Assembly (NCBI GenBank): GCA_001938485.1
Contig: MQRK01173128.1
Location: 1 to 63,973, forward strand
Source of the DNA: Girardia tigrina
Lineage: Eukaryota
Reading direction: 5' to 3'
DNA: 63,973 nucleotides
The notes under the pieces are model-generated. The model made no database searches and was not told where the DNA came from. It saw nothing but the letters and a program-made list of their open reading frames with translations. Made by a program: the position numbers and the translations under genes. Positions 54,200 through 63,973 of this stretch are shown one piece after another (position 1 is the first letter of the stretch; each line of letters begins with the position of its first letter).

Positions 54200-54659
54200 C
54201 ACTTGATTGTTAAACAAAACAACTCGAAATAGAGTTATTTTGGGATAAACATTTAGATGTAATTCTTCAGCAGCAATTTAATTTCCCTAAGAAACAATAG
54301 AATAAAGGAAAATAATTATTAGGACCTACAAATTATCAGGTTATTGATGAAAGACAGAAAACCGGTTATTAAAATTTACCGAAGACGCTAACCGTGGTTA
54401 ACCGGTTATTGAAACCTTAACTAAAAATATAAATTTTAAACTTCTTTTGATTTGTTTTTATATTTTCTTTAATGAAAAAAGTTTAATTAAAAAGCCATTA
54501 TTTAAAAATTATATATAATTCAAAAAGATTGTTTCTTACATTGCTACTGTTATGAGCATTGATGCAATTACTATTCGAACATTTACTATTATCACATTTA
54601 GACTCATCACAACTCTCATAAGATCGTTCACAGTTTGACTTAATTCTTATTTATAGGGT

Positions 54660-55455
54660 TTTTCGATCACTATAATAATCATTGCAAACAATATAAGAAA
54701 TATAATTCAAAACTACGGAAATAAAATTTTTATTTTGGAATTATAATAATTAATTTTTATAATATTTAATATATACATATATTCCAATTCATTTAAAAAA
54801 ATAAAAATTTTATCATCATTGCTTGTTTCCAAGCAACGATATTCATTTGCGTAAACCTCGTGAACATCAATTTGTCTTTGGACAATTTTGACGTTCTGGA
54901 ACCAAGGTCAATCGTTTCTGAGTATAATGACATTGTCTAAGGGTTCTATCAATAGTGCTAAGTGACACTTCAACACCAAATGTATCATGCGACCATAAAG
55001 ACAAATTTCGCATAGTTACAGTAGATTCTTCATCTGCATAGAAAGCCAATCGGTTTTTAATTTCTGAAGACAATTTAGAACGTCTATCTCCTCCGCAAGT
55101 TAAAGGAAGTATCCCTCTTGTTTTCAGATATTTTCGTAAAAAGCTGTTTATAGTTTGATATTTTACACTATACATCGATGCAATTGCTGAGGTGGAATGT
55201 TCTTCTAGAGACCTTTCAATTATTCTTTGTCTTTAATTATTTGACAGTACACATTTCCTAAGACTTGATGTGACTGAATTTGTGGTTGTTTCTGTTTTTT
55301 CTTGATTATCTTGTTCTAAATTATTTTCTTGCATAAATGATTTTCATTTTCATTAGTACAAGCCTCATTAGAATATTGCGCTGTCACTGAAATAGTCATT
55401 AAAAATAAAAATTTAAATTATTTATTGCATTTTTTATGATAATGATTATTCGAAC
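54660..55455 (-). mobile_element. IS630/Tc1-like element remnant
   Basis: ORF 54867-55175 GGDRRSKL...VSLSTIDRTL....YT.KR...VP is an IS630-type winged HTH. Confidence 0.75.
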
Positions 55456-55789
55456 AATTTTTAAATCTTTCTAAAATACTTATTATTTTTTAATTTCTAA
55501 AAATATTTATTAAAATTAATAATTTTAATTATTTCATTACAAGAACTCTAAATAAATAAACATATTTAATCAAATTTTAAATAATGAATTTAAATTCAAA
55601 TTTCATGATCCTAAACTTCCTAGACACTAATATATTATAAAATCTTCTTAACTTATCAAAATATATTTTAATTAAAATATTTAAATTTTGATTTTAATTG
55701 CTTATTTAAACAATTGAAACTTATAAGATTACTATTATTTCGTTATAGTTATTTTAATTATGTTCCAATATTCAATTGCCGTAAATACA

Positions 55790-56400
55790 AAACAATGCAA
55801 ATGTCCATCTGGGTTGGAAAATCACCATTCTAAATTCAACATACTCGAATCAACATACAGCGTTCATACAATTTAAAATATTCCTCAGAGTAATGAAAAT
55901 CTTTCTTCAGGATATTACGTCGTCAAGTATGAAATTTGTAGAACTAAAGTCAAAGTTTATTGATTATTAACCAATACAATTGTGAGGAATATTTGGAATG
56001 TTGATGTTTTTGTGTAGTGTTTGCATGTTTAAATGTTGTGTGTTGATTTGGGACTCTCTATTGATTAGCCTCTCTCCTAATCACATGGATGATTAATATT
56101 TTAATTCTTGTAATCTGAAACTAATTTATTTAAATTTAGATTTAATATTCAAATTTTTAATTTATTATTATTGTAAATTTTATTAATTTTATTTTGATCA
56201 ATAAACTTTAAAGTAATTATTATGAAATAAAATATTTTTTTTCAAGTTAGTTCAAATTTTGGATGAGAAGTATTAAAGATCGATTGATGAATTTAAGCTA
56301 AAGCTATACTATGAATTGTCACAAAGATGATCCATATTGTGAATGCAATAAGTGTTGTTACAAATGTGTGAGTTCTCTGTATGTGGATTCTTCGAACGGT
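55790..56400. repeat. two divergent LTR-family fragments flanking a mariner terminus
   Basis: 55805-55888 (minus) and 55981 onward (TGTGAGGAAT, plus) match the solo LTR family; 55915-55980 matches 23848-23905. Confidence 0.6.
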
Positions 56401-58639
56401 ATTTCCAGTGTTTGGTAAATTAATACATCCTTTGTTTAGAAGTAAACCAAGTAATTTGATTGACTTTGCTATTTTTCTATGAGGTAATAAACTTAAGTCA
56501 ATCAATCTTGAAATGAAGCTTCAAATAAATCTTCATACTTAACCCTTAAATGCATATTTTTTTGAAAATTGAAATATTTTTTTCCTCGTTAGATTTTTTA
56601 TATAATGTACAATGATAAAGAATAAACAAAGAAATGCAAATATTAATTGGAACTGGATGAAAAAGACATCCAAACATTTGTGTTATATTCAAAACAAGAA
56701 CCATTTAAAGGATAAATAAAAAGAATCTTAATTTGCTAGATTTGGCTACCTGCTAAATTGATTATATTGATCATTTGATGTGACTTAATATATCCGGAAA
56801 AACTGAGTTTCCAATATTTTATTCTTGCTGTCAAGATAGTTACAGAGTCCAAAGACTTTAATTGACAAAATACATTTCTTTCAAACCATGCTTTTCGTTC
56901 AGCTTTTTTTATAACTGTATATTTAAATACAGTTTTACTATGAAAAACAGATGTCCTTTCTTGAAATCATTAAAAAACGTTTTTTAAAAGCACTCATCAG
57001 AACATTCAGTCGGTGTATGATGTCAGAGAGAATGCAACTTATTTCTACTGAGCTTATTTGACAAAAAAATAATTTATATTTGAAATATGGTTTAACTTAT
57101 TTTACTTGATTTTTGAGATTAAATTCAAAAATATTTCTTCATAATATGGAAATCAAACTTTTCGTTCCGCCGATTTGAAGAACTAAAAGTTTTAAGGGTT
57201 ATTTATTCCCCCAAAAGTAAAACGGTACCAGTTACCCGGTTTTGGTAATACACTCCTTGCAAGTCCTACTTGAATATGATAAAAAGTTTTGTAACAGTGG
57301 ACGTTTGAAAAATATTTCTGATTTTGAGATTAATAAAACATATTATTGAGCATTCTTTATGTCAACCACATTTTAGAATTAATACTGAGACAAAGTTATC
57401 TTAAATGGAAATTGTTTTCGAAATAGAAGTTATTTATATTATTTATAATGATTAAATTTATTATTAAATAAAGATAAAAGTAATATTAATATTAAATAAC
57501 ATTTTCTTAATATTATCTTTGTCTTTTTTTATTGCAACAATAATATTTTTCAGACTAAATGAATAGAATTTTATAATTCATTTTTATTACCATTTTATTA
57601 TTTAATATCTGTAAGAATATTTTTTATAATATTAAGTAATATTCGTATTGAGTTTTGTACCATAAAATTTTTTTTAAAAAAATTTGACAATTAGAATTTA
57701 CAGAACATTATTTTATTAATAAAAATTTTTTTAAAAATTATTATTATGTTATTTATTGGTTTTTAAAAACACAATTTTTGATAATTAGAAAATAATATTT
57801 AATTTTTAATATGGATAAAATTTCCTTAAAATTAAATATCAGTAAAATTAAATAAAATTAATTATGAATTAAAAATAAATTTAATAAAATGAAAAAAATG
57901 AAAATAAAGAAAATTAAAATAAATAAATTATATTAAATATTAAATAAATCATTTATTAGTTAATTTTAATTTTATTCTATTTTAAATTATAAACTGTTTT
58001 TTTATTTTAATGAGTTTTTTGCAAAACGATTTCTTTTTTCATTAGTCGGATATCTATTAAATTTTTTAGCAATAATAATAAGAAAAAAGCATTGTAATAA
58101 AAAGTATTCCAATTTTCGTTCCTTTATTTTTTATAAAATACTTACAAGGAGACGTTATTTTAAAAACATTATTTTACAAACCCAGTTTAAAAAATGTATT
58201 AAAATGTAATATTTATTAAAAGATAGATAAAAGTAAATAAAATTACGTTAAAATAATGATTCCCTTTTCTTTCACTATTACCAAATTGAAGTTAGCTAAA
58301 AACAACGAACAGAAATATAAAGGTGAGGATCTGAGTTTGGTAAAGGTTTCCTGGAAATTATAAGATAAAGCCCTGTTATAAACTATTTTTTAAGTTTAAG
58401 ATGGACATTTGCATAAATGTCCTAATTGGAAAACGGTATTAATTAAAAAATGTTAAAAAATTTAATAATACAGGTGAAAATAAAAAAGGTGAAGGAATTC
58501 ATGAGATAGACGAAACCCCTGTAAGCTTTAAAAAAGTCTACTTGGATGTATTCTATCAAAATTGTATGATTCCAATTTGTAAAGTGAGTAAAGTGTTGAA
58601 TCCTCATTCTTCAAATACTTGAATGACTTGCAAACTTAT

Positions 58640-59511
58640 TTGTAAATGAACGATTTTTCGGAATTTTCGGCGACTTAATTTTGATTATAAAAAGCTTCAT
58701 CAAAGTGTACTCGAAATGATCATAGTACGTATCATCAAAAGTGACGAGCTTCACCTTAAATTACTAAAAAAATGTTTTACAAGTAAATTATTATTTCAAA
58801 TAAAAAATAAATTTTCCTCGTAAATTGTAACTAGAAAAAATCGGTAAACAATTTTGACTTCATCAAAAGATCAGTTTTAGGTCAAGACCAATTTAGCTAG
58901 AAAGTCATGATATATGTTTGGTAGAACTTTGAGGAAGTTTTGAATTTTTAAATTGTATCAAATTATCATGTCAAAAATGCTGAGCTTAATTGCCTGCAAT
59001 TGGAAATATTATAGACAACCTTATGGATATGTAGCAACAGTTGTTCATGTCATTCCTGATTGCTGAGGATGTATACTATCAGAATACTTAGATTTGAAGA
59101 ATTCAGAAAAGGATATCAAGATATGTAAACTAAACAAAATTTTTTGAAGACTATATGAACTGAAGTAATTTAGACATTTTATAATACAGATCACTGAAAT
59201 TTGAAAAGAAGTGATTGTAATACCATAAAAGCGGGAAATAATGTAAATGATAAAGGTTATGGATCGCATGAAGGTATTTTCCGAAACAACTAGATACAAC
59301 TACTATTTTTGAACTTATAAAATATGTTTCAAAATTCAACTCATTTTATACTTTTTAAAAACACATGAACGCCATTTAAAAATATTTTTAACCGTAATCA
59401 TCAGATCACTGATTATGTTCTTTTTTATTACTTTTCTATAAGACAGCGAAATTGTTGTCAATTAAGCCTGAAGATGGGGGGGGGGAAATCCACCGAAATA
59501 TATTGCGACAA
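58640..59511 (+). mobile_element. decayed Penelope-like element 3' part, plus strand
   Basis: SDELHLKLLKKCF resembles VDELHNRLSKNGF of the 25.5-kb PLE; frameshifted YV/GRTLRKF (YIG motif) at ~58912; hammerhead at the end. Confidence 0.55.
59455..59511 (+). ncRNA. minimal type I hammerhead ribozyme
   Basis: UUGUC AAUUAA GC CUGAAGA U(G)n AAAUCCACC GAAA UAUA UU GC GACAA: intact core, bulged stem I, stem II, palindromic stem III. Confidence 0.75.
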
Positions 59512-59671
59512 TAAAATTTGATTTTAATGGGATTCTTAATTAGAAAATTAGTTATTATAAAGATTACTGAAAAATAAGAAATCATAAAATACAGATACTA
59601 AATTACACCCGAATTCTACTAGAATTATATTTGTTTTAATGAAATACATGTATATAAACAAATATATTTTA

Positions 59672-59712
59672 GGATAATATATTTCGACGGTTTAACCGTC
59701 ATCATCAGATCA
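59672..59712 (-). ncRNA. minimal type I hammerhead ribozyme
   Basis: GAU CUGAUGA U GACGG UUAAA CCGUC GAAA UAUA UU AUC. Confidence 0.88.
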
Positions 59713-61095
59713 CTGATTATGTTCTTTTTTATTACTTTATATAAGAAATTAATGATTATGTAATCACTTACGTAAGTCTAATCGAAAACTCTTAACAAAT
59801 TAGTTGAGAATGCTGTTTGAATATTGATTTTAGGATCACATGATTTTATCAACAATGCTTCACATGACACTCTCCCAATAATTTTTAAAATGCTTGCACA
59901 AAATCTTAAAATCATTTATTCTCATATTACAGTACACGTTTTTTATGCTCAGCAATATTTCTCTTTCCCCCTCTTTGACTTTGTTCTTGGACTTTTTTGC
60001 AAAAATGACTGGCAGTTTCTTCGATGTATGTGACATTTAAATGACTGAAATATAATTTTTAAATTGAAATTATTATTTGTTGAATAAAAGATCGAATTCG
60101 TCAGGTAAGGTTAGAGTATACCCAGTTGTAAACCAGTTTTCAATGATTAAACTATTAATTTGTTCACTATATTTTTTTTCTTTTTCGATTATTTTATCTA
60201 CAGTTTCACGAGTGAGTCTGTCTATGATGGACTTAGAGTAACCGTTATTATTCAATAACTTACTCAGTGTATTAATACTTTTAATAGATTTTGAGAAGGT
60301 TGAAGAAAGAGACCATGAGCGATATAAAAACCTTTGATTATATTCCTTTTATATTTAAACTCATAAAAACTGTCTGAGGTAAACATACCAGCATCAGTTT
60401 TCCTTCGATATATTTCAGTTTCATAATGATCATTCCTTTTTTCCATTTACAAGTCAAGGAATGGTAATTTTCCTTTTATTTCCTGTTCTACTGTAAATAT
60501 TATATTCGAATGAGGCGAATTCATGTGATCTAGAAAAGGAAAACCATGTTCTCAAGATTCAGAGACTAGAAGCATATCATCCAGGTATCTTTTATATAAA
60601 AGTGGTTTTTCCTTAAAATAATTACATATTTTCCTCAATAAAAGAAAGAAATATAGAGGCTAATGTTAGAGGCTGATGGTGAACCCAACCCCATCTATTT
60701 GTTTGTACCATTAACTATTCAATAGAAAAGGAACATTTAAAGTAGCAAATGTTAAGAGTTTTCGAAAAGCAACTTCATCTAAATCAGAATTGTCTAGATT
60801 ATTCTTAAGCCAAAGTCCTCAATATTTTTAAATGGTTTCATGTAACGGAACATTAGTAAACAGACTCGATATATCAAAAGAAACCATAAAATCGTTTTTA
60901 GTTTGTATTTTTAAAAATAAGTAGTAAAAATAAGTAAAATTCACAAACTCAAAACTGTCCTTTAAAATTAAATCATTTGGAATTAAAGATTTCTTATCTA
61001 GATATTTAGCAATATTGTATTGTGATGTAAGGATCATAGATAGAACCAGTCGCATCAGAACTCCATCTTTATGTACTTTAGGAAGACCGTATAAT
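59672..61095 (-). mobile_element. Penelope-like element (RT and decayed GIY-YIG), frameshifted
   Basis: YGLPKVHK, FMVSFDISSLFTNVPL.ETI, GSP, YLDD, LPFLD, IYRRKT, NNGYSKSII; partial terminal repeat duplicated at 59389-59443. Confidence 0.9.
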
Positions 61096-61920
61096 TACGA
61101 ACGATGTTTTTGACTTACTTCATGTGTCTGGTTCTCAACCAGCAAATATTTTGCTGGAGCAAATGTTTGTAGACGCTTCCTTTGCTGTATGACCAAGTTG
61201 GAATTCGTGGAAGATAAAATTGCGGATTTTTTAAAGCCTTTTTTTGATATTTTAACTTATTTCCATAATCAATAATCTTTACAGAAAAGTCAATACAATG
61301 CTAATAATGTATCAAAATGCTTCTAAGAATATATAATATGGATCACTATGTACATCAATCTATGGTAGACAATTCTCACTTGCATATCATGAAAAGATCA
61401 GCAGAGTTGCATATTCCACGATCCAGTTTGAGGCCAATTTCGAAAGATGACTAGAAATTGAGAACCTGAAAACTATAGTTACATTCCTGACCGAGGCCGA
61501 CTGAGAGCTTTGAGTCCAGTGCTGCAAAGCCATCCTTGGGAAATATGATAATCCACGAAATTGTGAAAATTAGTTTTTCACTGATAATTGTGCCTTTTAT
61601 TGAGATAGGAAGCAAAAAACTCGGTCAAATATGAATCTTAGTCATTCAGACATCTACATTGCAGGCCATTCCCAAAAGTACATTCCTACGCTTCCATTTA
61701 TGATATAAAAATGATCGATATCAGGTTGGGCCCTTTGATCGGTGACCGGTGTTCTCTGCGATAAATAATCTATGTTGTATTGGATTATTTTGTGCTTAAA
61801 AAAGAGTAAGGGCTTATGGGCCACACTGTACAATATTGAAACTGTACAATAAGACAAAATTAAATTAAAAATTTTATTTATTGCTTTTTAAGTAACTGAG
61901 AAACTTTCGTACCAACCTAA
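61095..61920 (-). mobile_element. mariner 5' end interrupted by a rosa/maT-like fragment (61345-61850, plus)
   Basis: End AACTTTCGTACCAACCTAA; 61265-61340 matches 53175-53250; insert reads KRSAELHIPRSSL and FTDNCAF. Confidence 0.6.
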
Positions 61921-63099
61921 TATTTGTTATCCTTTGGAAGTATAAATAATGGACGGTTGATTGATTTTTTGAGATCGTTTCTTGGTTCAAAAATCAGAAA
62001 ATAATATAAATTTATAAGAAAGAATATTTATCTTTTTATCGGACAGAAGAACTTTTTTCTGCAAGACTTTGCATTGCATAAATATCAAAATACCACAGAT
62101 GGAATATCAAGCCCATATCTCTGACAACCCACCCTAATTAAAAGAAGTCATAAATGTTTCACAGTTTAGTTAGTTAATCGGTTTGAAATATGTTACTAAT
62201 GATCGTTTTCTTCTTTTAATGATCACTGATTTTATATGATCGGCTTTTATGAATTCTCGTTTTATTACTAATGGATATAGACGTCCGATTTTTAGTTCAA
62301 AAATTTGAAACTTTCGAAACTTTTCATTAAAAAATAAATCTTTAATTGACTAATAGTATCAATGAGAAAAAAAGCTCTTTCAAAATATTTTATTTTCCGT
62401 TAAATATAAATAATATATTTGATATTTGGAGAACTTATCCTTAGAATTAAGAATCCCACTCTTTTGAGAGCTTTGAGTAAAATATTTTTTTAATATTAAA
62501 AAAGTACTCTTTCCATAAAATAAGAATTCTAATCGTATCCATACATTAGATTAATGATCACAATAATCGGTTACGATATTCAAGCAAGTTCTATTGAATT
62601 CGTTGACCATCAAAGCTTCCTGAACTCTGAACACATTGTTCCTCTCTTTGCATGATAGAAACATAATCATTTTCTAAACATTAACAAGCTATCCATATTC
62701 ATTCATATTTGAGGACATCCTTCAACCAGCAGACAGAACAAAATTAAATATGAGAATTTTAAAATTCTCGACCACTTATTGAAAGTGTTTGGCTGACATT
62801 ATTCTTCATCGATTATACAAATATTCATTGATTTTTTGACCAGGTTTAAAAGTTTTATCTTTTTGAAAACCTCATTATGATGGTTATACAACTTAATAAT
62901 AAACGTAATTTTATAAAATGATGTCTTAAAAATTTAAATTCGATTAATTTTTATACTTGTATTATCCTTATATATAATCCTCATGAATCCTCTTTCAAAA
63001 ACAAATTTAAATCGATATTATAATCAACTGATATATTTAAGAATGGCAATTTCTGAATATATTCCCTTTATAAGCTTTGATTTGCTTAGCTTGCATATA

Positions 63100-63600
63100 T
63101 AGTATTTCGAAAATATGATTTGATTAAAGCTTTTTTTATATAATTATTGGACATGTTTCGATGTTTACATACATCATCATCAGCAATTTTTGGATGTTTA
63201 TTATATGAATATTAAATTGTTTGAATAATACAATTTTAACAGATATATTTACTTTAAAAGGTAACGAAAAAATTAATTATTATTATTTATCAAAGTATTA
63301 TTGGATAATAATGGCAAAAAGAATATCTTAATTAAAAATTTTAAGTATTAAAATAACCTTACTTTGCCCATTCTGAATGTTAATTGATGGGTTGTAGTGT
63401 CTTATTAGTAGAGATTCACAAAACTGTCGTTCGTAATGTGAATTAAAACCCTTTTGTAGAACAGAAAACTCATCTTTTGAAATGGATGAGGTTCTATCCT
63501 TACAACATAACCAATGATCAAGAACCTTACTCGATCGACTCATTTGCGAGTGCTCGCTAATCCGGGTTTTGGGATGACGATTTGTCTCTCCGATGTAGGC
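63100..63600 (-). mobile_element. Penelope-like element 3' end (GIY-YIG C-terminal half and 3' UTR)
   Basis: EAYIGETNRHPKTRISEH...ERQFCESLLIRHYNPSINIQ. Confidence 0.9.
63146..63187 (-). ncRNA. minimal type I hammerhead ribozyme
   Basis: AUUG CUGAUGA U GAUGU AUGUAA ACAUC GAAA CAUG UC CAAU: canonical GUC cleavage triplet. Confidence 0.92.
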
Positions 63601-63973
63601 CTCCCATCTCTGTAATGGTATTGAGCCTAAGGCTCTTTAAAGGGTCCACCCAAACTAAAGTCCTTAAGGGCCCCCCGATAGGCCTCCTACGGGGTCAGTG
63701 GCCTTCCGCCTCTGAGCAGTCGGCTTGCCAGTAACGAACGACCAACCATGGATCTTAGTACCATGGCCGTACATGCCGTTGGCTGTTACGGTGGACGCGT
63801 AACAACCGCGAAATGGGCACTTAAATTGTCCTCTTGCAGTCTTGAGTTGCAAGACAGTGGGCCTCCCATCTCTTTCGAATGGTATTGAGCCTCTAGGCTC
63901 TTTAGAGGGTCCACCCAAACTAAAGAATCACTAGCAGCCCCCCGATAGGCCTCCTACGGGGTCGGATAGTTTC
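63598..63973 (-). mobile_element. unclassified GC-rich element: ~100-nt direct repeats (63598-63696, 63860-63963) flanking a C2H2 zinc-finger coding segment
   Basis: FKCPFRGCYASTVTANGMYGHGTKIH (F-x-C-x4-C-x12-H-x4-H); near-identical repeats about 262 bp apart. Confidence 0.65.

Noticed and set aside
56540-57200. piggyBac-like element (TTAA|CCCTT start)
   Set aside because: The right end lacks a clean TTAA and I could not recognise transposase motifs.
63598-63963. CRISPR-like repeat-spacer or HDV-like ribozyme reading
   Set aside because: Only two ~100-nt repeats in a eukaryotic context with no cas genes; the HDV P1/P1.1 pairing is not conserved between copies.

Overview
Very AT-rich eukaryotic (most likely invertebrate) genomic DNA with scaffold gaps and (TA)n/(CA)n microsatellites. 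I see no prokaryotic features, rRNA/tRNA genes or CRISPR array. The only host gene I can support is a minus-strand, highly diverged KH-domain gene of the PCBP/hnRNP E/mub type. Its exons lie at 40451-40320, 34292-34164, 26870-26763 and 20372-20279, with GT-AG boundaries and several intron positions matching PCBP; the 6-7 kb introns are filled with transposon debris. The rest is a dense, nested TE landscape: mariner elements of several subfamilies, Tc1/IS630-like, maT/rosa-like, pogo/Tigger MITEs, hAT and Merlin remnants, DINE-1-like repeats, Ty3/gypsy pieces and at least five Penelope-like element (PLE) remnants. The most notable signals are four. (i) Four intact minimal type I hammerhead ribozymes sit downstream of PLE GIY-YIG ORFs, each with a palindromic 4-nt stem III; one is sense inside the KH gene intron and two form a convergent pair. 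(ii) A gypsy LTR family has non-canonical 5'-TG...TA-3' ends, supported by two solo LTRs with 5-bp TSDs, and its terminal A plus the PBS TGG forms the gag ATG. (iii) At the window end, a GC-rich ~100-nt multi-hairpin direct repeat brackets a single C2H2 zinc-finger segment; it is fused to a PLE 3' end and has an older decayed copy at ~44.2 kb. (iv) An unexplained ORF island lies at 2.1-2.8 kb. All family assignments come from motif recognition by eye; no database search was run.
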